From: a virus
Taxonomy: Duplodnaviria; Caudoviricetes
Virus record (IMG/VR): IMGVR_UViG_3300032295_001098
Span: 1 to 64,000 of that record
DNA length: 64,000 nt
Reading direction: 5' to 3' (one strand)
Shown: positions 52,661 to 62,718 of the stretch, one piece after another
Layout: every line of letters starts with the position of its first letter
Numbering within the stretch: position 1 is the stretch's first letter
Program-made: the position numbers and the translations under genes
The notes under the pieces: generated by a model
What the model saw: the letters and a program-made list of their open reading frames with translations, nothing else
Database searches by the model: none
What the model was told of the DNA's origin: nothing

Positions 52661-53888
52661 TGTCATTTTCATCAACCTCCGTAAAGTTCATATTTTCCCA
52701 ATCCCATTTAATTCTTACTTCACCCTTAGGTGATGACCGAGACAAGATAACTCTGATGATTGCTTGGTTATCTACGTCAGGATCTGATTCCACACCGAGC
52801 ACAAGGTCTGAGTCCTGTGCGAACGATGATGTGTAACCAATTGCTTCCGCCGTAATCTGTCGTGACTTCTTGTTTCCAAGTTTCCACGACAATACTTGTG
52901 TTGTCCCGATGATAGGGATATCAAAGCGCTGTGCCAACCTCTTAAGCGAGCGTGTGATATTTGTCAATGCTTGTGGTGAACCCTTTGGTTCTCCTTGCTC
53001 ATCGTCCATGAGGTATACACCGTCAACGATAAGCAAACGTGGTCGGTGTTGTTGCACCTTTCCAGCAAGTGCACTTACTGTTGTTAGAGAGTGCGTATCT
53101 TCGGTCATGATGAACGGGTGCATGTTCTTGCGAAGTTTCAGCGCTTTTGAAATACGCTCCATGTCTTGCGCAGTCAAATCACCTCGGATGATGCGTGTAT
53201 GTGGCACTCCTGAAATGATGGCGTCATAACGAGCCGCTTGCTCTTCAATACTCATTTCAAACGAAACATACATTGGCGTGATGCCGTGGCTGTGAGCCGC
53301 ATCAGCCATGATCAAGGTCATTAATGATTTACCTTTTTTCGCTTCACCAACGAATGTAACCAACTGCTGAGGCCGAAGACCAGCAGTGATCCGATCAAGA
53401 CCCAAGAAGCCTGTCGGAATGCCACGTAGACCGTTCGGGGTGTTACGCATTTCTTCATACTTTGCTAATCGTCCTTCCCATGATTCCATGAGGTCAATGT
53501 CTCGGAGTCGTGCAACTTCTACTGATGCCTTCTGTAGACCCTCGGAGAGTTTGTTAAAGGCTTCTTCAGTCTCGTTGTTATTAAGCGATGGGAGCGCAGA
53601 TGTAATTGCGCTGACCAAGTGCTGGTGTTTGTAAGCAATATAGATTTCGTCAATGAGCGCTTGAAATGGTTCGTTCTCAGCGTTGAGCAAACGTAGGTCT
53701 GCGTACTGTTGCTTGAACACACGAGCGCTTGGCACCACGCTGTATTCACGCCAGTAGTCAAGAACCCATAGCCAGATGTCAGACCATTCACCACTGAAGT
53801 GATCAGGGCGAAGTCCACCGTCAATGATCTCGCTGAGGTCAGCAGTCTGAATAACCTTGCTAATTAAGAGATGTTCAGTTGATGCCAT
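52632..53888 (-). CDS. dnaB: replicative DNA helicase
   Basis: GIPTGF, GEAKKGKS, SFEM, VDGVYLM, QDSDLV. Confidence 0.9.
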   Translation of the reverse strand: MASTEHLLISKVIQTADLSEIIDGGLRPDHFSGEWSDIWLWVLDYWREYSVVPSARVFKQQYADLRLLNAENEPFQALIDEIYIAYKHQHLVSAITSALPSLNNNETEEAFNKLSEGLQKASVEVARLRDIDLMESWEGRLAKYEEMRNTPNGLRGIPTGFLGLDRITAGLRPQQLVTFVGEAKKGKSLMTLIMADAAHSHGITPMYVSFEMSIEEQAARYDAIISGVPHTRIIRGDLTAQDMERISKALKLRKNMHPFIMTEDTHSLTTVSALAGKVQQHRPRLLIVDGVYLMDDEQGEPKGSPQALTNITRSLKRLAQRFDIPIIGTTQVLSWKLGNKKSRQITAEAIGYTSSFAQDSDLVLGVESDPDVDNQAIIRVILSRSSPKGEVRIKWDWENMNFTEVDENDNGDTDNWYY

Positions 53889-54328
53889 TAGAAAACCCAA
53901 GCGCTTGTAGGAGATGAAACTGTCGCACGAATACCAAGCGCAAATGCTTGTTCTTGGTGCGGGACGAAGATTGTACGGACAGATCTCTTGAAACGCAAGT
54001 CGTATTCAAGTTCTCCTACATTTTTATAATAGAGAACAGGAAGAGACATTCCTTTACGTTGTAGCCAGTTGTCTACTGCTTCAACTGCGTCTATTGCCAA
54101 GAAGGTGTACACCTCTGCACCAATACCTAAACGATGCGTTGTGTCATAGAGCGACTTCAACGGAAGGTCGTGTGGCTCCCACAAGTTAAGAACACGGTTC
54201 CAGTTGTTGCGTGCTTTGTACAACGAACTACCAATACCTTTAAACCCTCCAGGAGGAGAAGCAAGTAGTTCTTCAAAGATAACTCCGTATCCAACATCAT
54301 CGTATGACTGAATATCGTTACCGAACAT
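53888..54328 (-). CDS. hypothetical protein
   Basis: coupled ORF in the replication operon. Confidence 0.6.
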   Translation of the reverse strand: MFGNDIQSYDDVGYGVIFEELLASPPGGFKGIGSSLYKARNNWNRVLNLWEPHDLPLKSLYDTTHRLGIGAEVYTFLAIDAVEAVDNWLQRKGMSLPVLYYKNVGELEYDLRFKRSVRTIFVPHQEQAFALGIRATVSSPTSAWVF

Positions 54329-54960
54329 TAGTGCTCCAACCTGTAGTCAGCACCAGTTACTCCCATAATGAAACATGATTGTTTGATAATGGAATGCACT
54401 CGTGGACTGTACAGAGTTGGTAACTTGTCGGGGTTGATTTCTGTTGTAAAGATTGTTGGCAGTTGCATGTCGTAGCGAGACTCAATCATGCTTGACACAG
54501 TCTTGGACATATATTCAGTCAAGCGGTCTGCATTCAAGTTGTCAACAACAACGATGTCATAAATGCGGCGCATGTACTTAAGCAAGTTTGGATCGCCATA
54601 CATCTCAGGAAGTTCACCATCGTTGTTGCGTGAGTCGTGCACCATCTCAACAAAGATGTCGTAGGAGATAAACAAACCACTGAGTTCGTTCTTTGAAACA
54701 ACTTCACGCAAAGCGGATACCGCCATGTGTGTTTTACCAAGACCTGTCTTGCCATGGATATACAAACCCATGCCGTCTTCCATTCGCTTTTCAATATTGT
54801 TTGTCCACTTGATGACAGCATCTTTGAATGCAGGAGAACCTTCGTTCTCGTCATAGTTTGCAAACGTGCTGTTCTTGTAGCGAGGTGGTATGCGCAGGTT
54901 ACGAACCCGTTCTTCAACGGGGCGGTTGCGCCAGTACTTTGAACTCTTCCAGTCAGTCAT
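54328..54960 (-). CDS. DnaC/IstB-like AAA+ helicase loader
   Basis: IPPRY..TF.NY, GKTGLGKT, VVDNL, PTIFTT, GADYR. Confidence 0.85.
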   Translation of the reverse strand: MTDWKSSKYWRNRPVEERVRNLRIPPRYKNSTFANYDENEGSPAFKDAVIKWTNNIEKRMEDGMGLYIHGKTGLGKTHMAVSALREVVSKNELSGLFISYDIFVEMVHDSRNNDGELPEMYGDPNLLKYMRRIYDIVVVDNLNADRLTEYMSKTVSSMIESRYDMQLPTIFTTEINPDKLPTLYSPRVHSIIKQSCFIMGVTGADYRLEH

Positions 54961-55067
54961 GCTTTTCCATTTTGTGAGGGGGTAACGATGATACCGCACA
55001 CCTGTGGTCTAAAAACGTAACTGCATCTAAAAAGTAAAGATCACAGCAAATACAATGTATATACGAT

Positions 55068-55475
55068 CTACTCTTCGGTAAGTCTTGGGTCAATTGAGAT
55101 TGAGGTCGGCTGATCGTCTTCTTTGACATAGTTTTCCTTTGCGTATTTATCTAAGTTTGCTAAGAATGCTCTCCACGGCGCAACCTCCACTGGTAACGGT
55201 CTCCGTGTTATCTCTTTTACAAACGCCATGATCATGGCACGTATCTGGTCAGTTGTAAAGCCCTTGTCGGTGAGTTTCTTGAAACCCTTCATCAAGGCGG
55301 GACCATTCACTGGGGCGGTGATTCTGTCCAGCGTCTCGGTCGGGAGACTGTCACGGAAGAAGTACACCAAGTTACCTCGGGAGTCCTGTCGGGTCTGTTT
55401 TGGGGCGGGTTCTTTTTTGTCGGGGTCTTCACCTAAGCCGACGCCCCAGTCGTCAGAAAGTTTCTTCATCTTCAA
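55068..55475 (-). CDS. hypothetical protein (possible initiator partner)
   Basis: overlaps the initiator 3' end. Confidence 0.55.
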   Translation of the reverse strand: MKMKKLSDDWGVGLGEDPDKKEPAPKQTRQDSRGNLVYFFRDSLPTETLDRITAPVNGPALMKGFKKLTDKGFTTDQIRAMIMAFVKEITRRPLPVEVAPWRAFLANLDKYAKENYVKEDDQPTSISIDPRLTEE

Positions 55476-55938
55476 GCCTCTGATCTACTTGTGTTGAAAT
55501 TTTCCCTTTCTTGTTAAATTTACTCTTGTTATATACTCTTGATTGGGTGTCACCCGTGACACTACTAGTGGTGTCTCCCGTGACACTACCTAGTGTCTCC
55601 ATGGACACTACTAGGGGTGACTCGTGTGACACTACTGGGTTGTTAAAATTGACGTAATAACGGTTCGTCAAGTTCTTGTTGTTACGGGTCACACGGTGCT
55701 GTTTGACGATCAAGCCAATCTCTTCTAGGCGCTTCATGGAGCGGATTACGGTTCGGCGGTCACAGCCCAACTGGTCAGCAATGTGCTGGTAGGAGGTTGT
55801 CAGTTCCTGCGTATCTGGGTGAAGGTACTGAAGCATGTGGTTCAGTACTGCATGCGAGATGTAGTCCGTAGAGATGTATGGAAGCACCCATCTCGGGACA
55901 GGTAAAAAAGGTCCGCTCAACTTATTGTTTCGTGCCAT
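55453..55938 (-). CDS. HTH replication-initiator-like protein
   Basis: SYQHIADQLGCDRRTVIRSMKRLEEIGLI..NRY; GAGGAG SD before ATG 55938; internal iterons. Confidence 0.75.
   Translation of the reverse strand: MARNNKLSGPFLPVPRWVLPYISTDYISHAVLNHMLQYLHPDTQELTTSYQHIADQLGCDRRTVIRSMKRLEEIGLIVKQHRVTRNNKNLTNRYYVNFNNPVVSHESPLVVSMETLGSVTGDTTSSVTGDTQSRVYNKSKFNKKGKISTQVDQRLEDEETF
55547..55635. repeat. four palindromic iterons GTGWC-N6-GACAC-TAC (putative origin)
   Basis: starts at 55547, 55571, 55593, 55617; AT-rich tract at ~55495-55545. Confidence 0.75.
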
Positions 55939-55990
55939 ACTGCTCCTCAGGTTGTTATCTAGGGTCGCCATGCTACACTCTCGCTAGTCG

Positions 55991-56021
55991 CTTTAGCACT
56001 TCCCTGATCGGGTGCTAAAGT
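55991..56021 (+). promoter_or_regulatory. inverted repeat CTTTAGCAC/GTGCTAAAG overlapping an extended -10
   Basis: TG-c-TAAAGT at 56013-56021. Confidence 0.5.
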
Positions 56022-56027
56022 GGGCAT

Positions 56028-56122
56028 AGTGTTGGGGGGAGGGCGACCTCCTCAGGAACTACAGAGCAAGGGTCTTTCCCTCCTTTCTGCCCTTGCCCTT
56101 GTTAACGGCCCTCCCTTCAACC
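56028..56122 (+). ncRNA. candidate structured sRNA with anti-Shine-Dalgarno segments
   Basis: 14-bp closing stem with G-U pairs; GCAAGGG/CCCTTGC hairpin with loop containing CCTCCTTTCT. Confidence 0.5.
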
Positions 56123-56136
56123 GCTAAACTATGTTC

Positions 56137-56301
56137 ATGGCATCTAAAAAAGAAGTATGGGATAAACCCAATCCAAAGAAGAAGTCAACCAAGTTGACAC
56201 CTGACCAGAAGTCAGAAGCAAAGGCTCGTGCTAAAGCCGCTGGTCGTCCATATCCAAACCTTGTTGACAACATGGCTGTCTCCAAGAAAGGTAAGAAATA
56301 A
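56137..56301 (+). CDS. small basic protein (54 aa), not in ORF track
   Basis: TAAACT-N6-ATG; MASKKEVWDKPNPKKK...AGRPYPNLVDNM. Confidence 0.7.
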   Translation: MASKKEVWDKPNPKKKSTKLTPDQKSEAKARAKAAGRPYPNLVDNMAVSKKGKK

Positions 56302-56570
56302 TGGCTGAGAGTAAGAAAGACCCACGACTTGCACGTGCAGGTGTGTCTGGTTTCAACAAACCAAAAGCAACACCTGACCACCCAACTAAGTCGCATGTTG
56401 TTGTTGCTAAAGAAGGCGACAACGTTAAGACCATTCGCTTTGGGCAACAGGGCGTCAAAGGTTCACCTGATGGTTCCGCACGCAATGCTTCGTTCAAGGC
56501 ACGTCATGCCAAGAACATCTCTAAAGGAAAGATGTCTGCCGCCTATTGGGCTGACAAGGTGAAGTGGTAA
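56301..56570 (+). CDS. small basic phage protein
   Basis: KSHVVVAKEG..IRFGQQG..FKARH..SAAYWADKVKW. Confidence 0.7.
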   Translation: MAESKKDPRLARAGVSGFNKPKATPDHPTKSHVVVAKEGDNVKTIRFGQQGVKGSPDGSARNASFKARHAKNISKGKMSAAYWADKVKW

Positions 56571-57392
56571 CTAAATAGTTGCACCGAAGCCAAACAACTG
56601 TTTGACTTCTTCCACGTTTGCAGGACGGCTCATGATCACTCCGCTAGGGAATGTTGCCGTAAGCATGCAGGTGTCATAAGAATTAGTAACTGCTCGGTCG
56701 TTTTGAGCACTACTTACAACATGGAATGTACCTAGATCAATAGGTGGCAAGATGTCTACTTCTTCTACTTCGGTATCTTCAATAATTGGGTCTGGCATCG
56801 TAACGTCATTGAGTATTGCATCAACGATTTGTTCTTTAGTCATGGTCGTTCCTACTTGGATACCTTGAGCCTTTGCGTTCTTGCGAAGGACACCAATAGA
56901 CATTGACAACATTTCAGCACGGCTAAATGGTTCAATCTCAACTTCTTCAGTAGGTACTGGTGTTGCTTTCTCTTCGTGTGTAATGTCCACAACAATTGGG
57001 ACCAATCCATTAGTCAAGTCCAGGATTGTTACACCAGCGTCAGCCGCATCAAAACAGATCTCTTCCATTTCAGGTACTAATGTGTCATCCCAAAGAAGCA
57101 AAAGAGTTCCTTTGGTCTTTGACAAATAGTGAATGATGTCCCTTGCTGGGTTTGCATCTAGTCGTTCAATTGAAGCCTTCTCAATAAACTCCGCAGGAGC
57201 CTTACCATTGTGGGTAAGCATGAAATCAACTTCCATGTCAATCAACCAGTTGATTACTCTTGACTCTGACTCTGATGGCTTGGCACCACAGGTAACAATA
57301 AAGTTGTTATCTACGCCCAGTTCATTAAGAGCATCTTCAATGATGTTCTTGCTGGTTCTACCTGTTCCTAAAATCCCATATTTCTTTAGCAT
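56571..57392 (-). CDS. hypothetical protein (Rossmann-like N-terminus, Rho-N-like motif)
   Basis: AGGAG SD; LRKNAKAQGI...TKEQIVDAIL. Confidence 0.55.
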   Translation of the reverse strand: MLKKYGILGTGRTSKNIIEDALNELGVDNNFIVTCGAKPSESESRVINWLIDMEVDFMLTHNGKAPAEFIEKASIERLDANPARDIIHYLSKTKGTLLLLWDDTLVPEMEEICFDAADAGVTILDLTNGLVPIVVDITHEEKATPVPTEEVEIEPFSRAEMLSMSIGVLRKNAKAQGIQVGTTMTKEQIVDAILNDVTMPDPIIEDTEVEEVDILPPIDLGTFHVVSSAQNDRAVTNSYDTCMLTATFPSGVIMSRPANVEEVKQLFGFGATI

Positions 57393-57401
57393 CGTTTTCT
57401 C

Positions 57402-57656
57402 CTATTTTAATGATTTGCGTTGTGACATGTCCCCCACAAGCGTAATCATTCGGAGTACACCGTGGCAGGCGCCAGCCAGTGTAGCGACAACAAGACCCGA
57501 AGTCCACATGTCTTCAATACTTAAAACAAAAGATGCGCCGTATCCAAATACAACGCCAGCAAGAATCTTGACCCAAGGCATCGCTTCCCTTGGAGTTAAT
57601 ACGTTTAGTAGTTGAACCAATTTGTATACCGCTAACCCAGCGATTATGTAGTTCAT
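57402..57656 (-). CDS. holin-like membrane protein
   Basis: three hydrophobic segments. Confidence 0.5.
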   Translation of the reverse strand: MNYIIAGLAVYKLVQLLNVLTPREAMPWVKILAGVVFGYGASFVLSIEDMWTSGLVVATLAGACHGVLRMITLVGDMSQRKSLK

Positions 57657-59275
57657 AAAGCCTTTCCAGGAATCCAATCAAACATAAGTTGATACTTAGG
57701 TTGCCCGCTCACGGTACCAAGCATTGTAACTGGAAGGATCTGGGGAAGCAAACGCTCAATTGCGCTTTGTGTCTTCTGACGGTTCGTTGTATAAATTGAA
57801 TAAGAAGCCTGTTCTGTACCAGACCACTTGTAGTCAGAACTAAAACCTTGGTACAAGAACCCACCAAAAACGGTATCCCCGTCAAAGAACTGCCCAACCT
57901 TATTTGGTTCAACCATCCAACGAGATAGTGTTACAGATTGATTAGCACTAAGTTTAAACAAAAATACAGGTCGGTTGCTTCCCGACGCCACTGACGTCAT
58001 TGGGTAGGCAACACGGTTAGCGGCGCTTACAGGGACGCTTGCCCCAGCAGTCGTGGCTGACCAATCTGACCATGAAGCACCAGACGACCAGTAACCACCA
58101 TAGACAACCTCTGGTGCTTGGCTAAATTCCCCAGACATGTAGTAAGTACGGGTTGCTTCCATAACCACTGCTGTCTTACACATAACAGCAACCTGGGTAG
58201 CAGTCGCACCAGCCGTTATTGTGATGCCTTCAGTAGGAGTGGTGCTAACTGTTACAGAGTTTTCAGAATAGACAGCCCATGTAGATCCCGAAGCACCCAC
58301 AAAACGTGGGTCGGCAATAAGGTTTGCTCGCTCTGCGTGTACTGCAAAGGTGTAATAAGGAGCGGATGCTCCAGTAAAGACAGTGACGTCTCCGCCACTT
58401 ACTGCTGTGACATAGTCTTTGGTTGCCTCAAGGGTTCCTTTGTTTTTACGAAGGTACCCAATGTCATGTAATAACGCACGAGTTCTTGATACACCGATGT
58501 CAGAAACACCAATCTCCAGACCAAGCATCTTTGCCAGTTCGTTAACTGCCTCGGCTTCAGCCAATAATGGGTCATACTGGACCATCATGGTGTCAATAAG
58601 CGTACGGCTTCGGTCTAACTCAAATCCAAAAGTATCAATAAAGCGTTCTAACTGTGTGTCATTTGCTTCATCCTGCTCACGGTAGTACTTAGGGATTCTT
58701 CTCCACATCTCATCCCGTGATCCATAATCTTTAGGAACAATTAGTTCAAGTTCAGACAGTAACTCATAGTGGTATGTACCGCTTGTTCCTTCAGTGTTGT
58801 AATAAACAAACAAAGAATAATACGCCCATTTACCAGTTGCTGGTTCATTTTCGTACACAATTCCTTGGTCAGTTGTGATCGCAATACTTTCTTGATGAAG
58901 GTAACTATTGTCAGTACCTTGGTAGATGAGTTTGCCATCAGTCACAGTTTGTGGGTAGCCAGTTTTTGAATAAACTATTGCAACATTAAGGATTCCAGAC
59001 TCACCAACACCAATATCAGCAAGTTCTGAATATGTCTCTGTCAATGTCCAATTTAAAAGAACAGCAGTGTACTCAATAGCAGTTGCTTCAAATGTTGATT
59101 CTGGAGTTGTTGGGATAACAGTAATAATGTCTTTTGAACGGATTGCCGAGTCTTGGTCAAACGACGATGCCCCAGCGGTTGCTTGAATATCGCTTGTACC
59201 TCTTACAAACGAACCAACACCAACGACGTCTCCAGAGACAATTGGACGCCTAAGTCTAAATGATTTGCGTGCCAT
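57653..59275 (-). CDS. baseplate wedge / tail protein I-like
   Basis: IPKYYR..LERFIDTFG..LAKMLG..KGT; follows baseplate J. Confidence 0.7.
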   Translation of the reverse strand: MARKSFRLRRPIVSGDVVGVGSFVRGTSDIQATAGASSFDQDSAIRSKDIITVIPTTPESTFEATAIEYTAVLLNWTLTETYSELADIGVGESGILNVAIVYSKTGYPQTVTDGKLIYQGTDNSYLHQESIAITTDQGIVYENEPATGKWAYYSLFVYYNTEGTSGTYHYELLSELELIVPKDYGSRDEMWRRIPKYYREQDEANDTQLERFIDTFGFELDRSRTLIDTMMVQYDPLLAEAEAVNELAKMLGLEIGVSDIGVSRTRALLHDIGYLRKNKGTLEATKDYVTAVSGGDVTVFTGASAPYYTFAVHAERANLIADPRFVGASGSTWAVYSENSVTVSTTPTEGITITAGATATQVAVMCKTAVVMEATRTYYMSGEFSQAPEVVYGGYWSSGASWSDWSATTAGASVPVSAANRVAYPMTSVASGSNRPVFLFKLSANQSVTLSRWMVEPNKVGQFFDGDTVFGGFLYQGFSSDYKWSGTEQASYSIYTTNRQKTQSAIERLLPQILPVTMLGTVSGQPKYQLMFDWIPGKAL

Positions 59276-59278
59276 TTA

Positions 59279-60853
59279 TTAGCCTCCTGAAGCGACAATA
59301 CCACCACTAGGTGTAATGGTAAAGGTTGAGGATGGAGCAATAGTTAGTAGCGATGTGCTTGGAGCAACAACTCCAGTAAACCCACCACTACTATCAATTA
59401 CGTTTCCGCTTGTTGTAGTAAACCTAGTCACTACTGCGTAGTCCACACCTGGAATGTCAAGAACAGTTCGGTACAAGGTACCAAGTGATACCCTGCTACC
59501 AAAGTCCATGTTGTCAAATGAGAATAATGCACGTATTGCCGTTTTTACATTGTCGTTTACTGCTTCTTGGATATACCCGTTTTGAACTTGTACGGTTGCA
59601 ACAACATTGACTTTTGTTAAACTAACTGAGGCTCCTACGTTTGAAGTAGCAAATACAATTTCACGTGGTTCTAGGTAGTCAATAATTTCTTGTTTTTTAA
59701 TTGTGTCAATTGCAACTGTTAGTGCAGAACCATAATCAGATGGTTCTTCCATAGCCAGAATTTGCACTACGTTACTACCGTCAACATAAGCAGTTGATCG
59801 TACAATTCCAGGAATACGCTTTACAATATCTTTGTAATCTTGCAAAGATACAGCACGGTCTTGTGTTCTAAAAGTTGTAGGGATGTTGGCTTTCAAAGAA
59901 GCCATTGATTCAATGTCAACACCACCAGCCGCCGCAGAAGTATTTGGGATCACAACTAACCCATCAAGAGATGGTTTACTTGGAACAGTGGTGCTTTCCA
60001 ATGTAGTGATTGAACCAACTGCTACGTTTCCAGAAGCACCACGACTACGTCGGTATTCAATAGTTATTGAAGAGTTAGTCGTTGGTATCTTTCCGTTAAT
60101 ACCATTTCCAAAAGAAACAATAGTGTAGTTATCGGCATCAATGTCAACAGTAAATATATTTGAACTACTACCTCCATCAATAATTCGTGAGGCATACGCA
60201 TAGCGAATATCTGATGAATCAGTACCTTCTCCAACGTTTACTACAATACTGGTAGTTACTACACCACTTTGACGTAAAGTGATTTGTTGACCAGAAAGAC
60301 CTGTAGCCGTGTATGTTTCTGTGAAGCGCTCACCTTCTGTAACACCAACAGAAACAGTTGTTGTCTTTGGGTATGTTACATACGTAACTCCATCAGAGAC
60401 TAAGTTTGCGCTTGCTCCAGATACAGTGCCCACAAAAGCAATTGGATTGTTTAAAGTAAAAATGACACTTGTTGAGGTGTCTACCAATGGGGATGCTACA
60501 AAGCGGGTGTACTGAGGGATATAAATTGGAGTTGCATCAGTGGCGGTTGTTGCCGAAGCATTTAATTGAATAACAGCCGTTGCTGAACGACGGCCCGATG
60601 GTACGTAGTCTAAAAGGTTGGCAATAGCCAAAACGCTTTCACGTTGTGTAGCGGTTCCAAGAAACGCTTCACCAGCCGCACGGTCCACATAAAAATGCAA
60701 AACGTCTCCCATGTATGACCATAGGTCAACCATGACCATACCGAAGTCTGAAGACTCACGTGATGTCCATTCAGGGATTTGTGTAGAAGCACGTGCAAGC
60801 AAGTCTGCTTGAATAGACGTGTAATCACGACTTGTGTAATCAAAAGTGGTCAT
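59279..60853 (-). CDS. baseplate J/gp6-like wedge protein
   Basis: DYTSRDY..IPEWT..DFG; GGVDIES; RAVSLQDY. Confidence 0.85.
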   Translation of the reverse strand: MTTFDYTSRDYTSIQADLLARASTQIPEWTSRESSDFGMVMVDLWSYMGDVLHFYVDRAAGEAFLGTATQRESVLAIANLLDYVPSGRRSATAVIQLNASATTATDATPIYIPQYTRFVASPLVDTSTSVIFTLNNPIAFVGTVSGASANLVSDGVTYVTYPKTTTVSVGVTEGERFTETYTATGLSGQQITLRQSGVVTTSIVVNVGEGTDSSDIRYAYASRIIDGGSSSNIFTVDIDADNYTIVSFGNGINGKIPTTNSSITIEYRRSRGASGNVAVGSITTLESTTVPSKPSLDGLVVIPNTSAAAGGVDIESMASLKANIPTTFRTQDRAVSLQDYKDIVKRIPGIVRSTAYVDGSNVVQILAMEEPSDYGSALTVAIDTIKKQEIIDYLEPREIVFATSNVGASVSLTKVNVVATVQVQNGYIQEAVNDNVKTAIRALFSFDNMDFGSRVSLGTLYRTVLDIPGVDYAVVTRFTTTSGNVIDSSGGFTGVVAPSTSLLTIAPSSTFTITPSGGIVASGG

Positions 60854-61263
60854 ATAAAAGACTCCTCAGTGAGGCCAGTGGGGGTTGCTATTTTAAAAGA
60901 AAAGATTCGGTTGCTAGACAAAGCCATACTGTATTGGACTTTGATTTCAATAACTACGGATGGGTCTTCATCTACATATGGAGTTTCTGCTGGCTGTATT
61001 AACATGTTTGTTACGTTAGCCATACTTAATTGTTTATTTAATTCCATTAATGCGTCTGTTTTAAACTCACCATAAACTAAATCGTCCACTGGCTCATAGA
61101 GTAACTGGGTGGCACCAGCACCATATGTTGGTCTCATGACTCGTTCAAATTTAGAGGTTGTTAGCACATCAATGATCTGCTGTTCCACAATTCGTTCAGG
61201 GGTGTTGGTTTTAGCAATTCTTCCTGAAGAATCAATTCTAAATGGTGTGTAAATGGATGGCAT
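60850..61263 (-). CDS. gp25/GpW-like baseplate protein
   Basis: LTTSKFERVMRPTYG. Confidence 0.85.
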   Translation of the reverse strand: MPSIYTPFRIDSSGRIAKTNTPERIVEQQIIDVLTTSKFERVMRPTYGAGATQLLYEPVDDLVYGEFKTDALMELNKQLSMANVTNMLIQPAETPYVDEDPSVVIEIKVQYSMALSSNRIFSFKIATPTGLTEESFI

Positions 61264-61265
61264 AG

Positions 61266-61556
61266 TTACCTAAATACTCCTAAAAAGAGGGCGTCTATTT
61301 GAGGTTGTAGAGCAGTTGTTGCTTCTGGGGAAACCTGTACCCAAAACACATTAGTAAGGTTAGCGTCGTCAGCAGTGACTACTATTTGTGAACCGATTGA
61401 TGGAACAGACCAGACTCCATTGTACGCTGTTCTACCGATATAGGAAATGGGTATGTTGCCACTAACGCCAGTAAGCAAAGGGACACGAACCTTGATTTCT
61501 CCAGTAGTACTATCAGAATATGTAACAGTTCCTCGGTATACAGGATGATCAAGCAT
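61266..61556 (-). CDS. gpV/gp5 OB-fold-like baseplate spike protein
   Basis: YRGTV..GEIKVRVP..VPSIGSQIVV. Confidence 0.65.
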   Translation of the reverse strand: MLDHPVYRGTVTYSDSTTGEIKVRVPLLTGVSGNIPISYIGRTAYNGVWSVPSIGSQIVVTADDANLTNVFWVQVSPEATTALQPQIDALFLGVFR

Positions 61557-62718
61557 AAACGTCCCCGTAAGCCTTAGAAGCCCTCCAAGTATTGTCAGAT
61601 AACGATGGGGTTGGGGGTTGGGTGTACGCCGATACGGGCTGTACTTCTGGGTTCATACCATTTGTAGAATCTGTGGAGATAGTCAATTCTGTAAGGAAGT
61701 TTGACCTAGTCACAGTATGTTTTACTGACCTTACAATCCAATACCCATCAAAGTTAGAGTCATAGTTGTCAATTTTGGCAATGGATCCAGGAACAGGGTC
61801 TGGGATACCAGTAACTGTAACTTTGGCGTTGTAGGGGTATCGTTTACGTACAGCAGCATTTGAAAACTTATTTAACATCTCTACTGAAGAAACGTTGGTA
61901 TGTACAGTAGTTGTATACCGAGATGGTACTACTTCACCTAACTTGCTGTAGTTAGTATCGTCAGTTGAGGCGGTTACGGGTTTACCTGAGGAATCAATAC
62001 CGATGTATTCAAAACGATTGGAGTTACCTTCTGGGGTTACATCACCAAAGGTCCCTGTGAATTCCATAATACGCCCTGGTAGGTACACAGGATCCCCCGA
62101 TGCCCCACGTACTGTAAGCAGTTCTACGTAAGGTAATTTACGACCAAGAGCCTTATAAGGATCATACACATGTATGTGCGTACCATTGGTCGTTATCGCA
62201 TAACCTAAAGATGTGCAGGTATCTTTAAGAAAAGCCCAGTCAGATTTTTGATTTTGCAACAACCTAGTCCATACAAAGTAATCAGATGGTACGGAATAAG
62301 AATAATTATAAGTAGAGGACAATGTTTCAACAATGTTAGGAATAGTTGCATTTTCCCAAACTTTGTTTTTATTATTAGTCATGTCGTAACTTGCGCCAAA
62401 ACAAACAACAGTTGCTGATTGCACTGGACTGTTATTAACAAGACCTTGTCGTGTAATCATTTCTGGTTCTACATATGTAACATACCCATAAAAGGTCGTG
62501 GTTTGGGCAGGACTAACTGCTATTGAAATATAAACAGGGGCACCAACATACTCAGTAATTGCTTTTGGCAAAAGCCCTACAAAATCAATAGTTGCCATAT
62601 CATGCTGGTTTTCACTAATATCAATAGATACCGTTTGAATAGAGGTGTAATCCACCGATACCCCGCTTAACACTACGGTTACGTCTGGGGCATTTGGAAA
62701 CTTATTCTTAAATATCAT
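61549..62718 (-). CDS. baseplate hub (gpD/gp27-like)
   Basis: QKSDWAFL, FDGYWIVRSVKH. Confidence 0.75.
   Translation of the reverse strand: MIFKNKFPNAPDVTVVLSGVSVDYTSIQTVSIDISENQHDMATIDFVGLLPKAITEYVGAPVYISIAVSPAQTTTFYGYVTYVEPEMITRQGLVNNSPVQSATVVCFGASYDMTNNKNKVWENATIPNIVETLSSTYNYSYSVPSDYFVWTRLLQNQKSDWAFLKDTCTSLGYAITTNGTHIHVYDPYKALGRKLPYVELLTVRGASGDPVYLPGRIMEFTGTFGDVTPEGNSNRFEYIGIDSSGKPVTASTDDTNYSKLGEVVPSRYTTTVHTNVSSVEMLNKFSNAAVRKRYPYNAKVTVTGIPDPVPGSIAKIDNYDSNFDGYWIVRSVKHTVTRSNFLTELTISTDSTNGMNPEVQPVSAYTQPPTPSLSDNTWRASKAYGDVYA

Noticed and set aside
55993-56018. CIRCE (HrcA) element TTAGCACTT-N8-GGGTGCTAA
   Set aside because: Spacer is 8 rather than 9 nt and inner positions deviate; kept only as an unassigned inverted repeat
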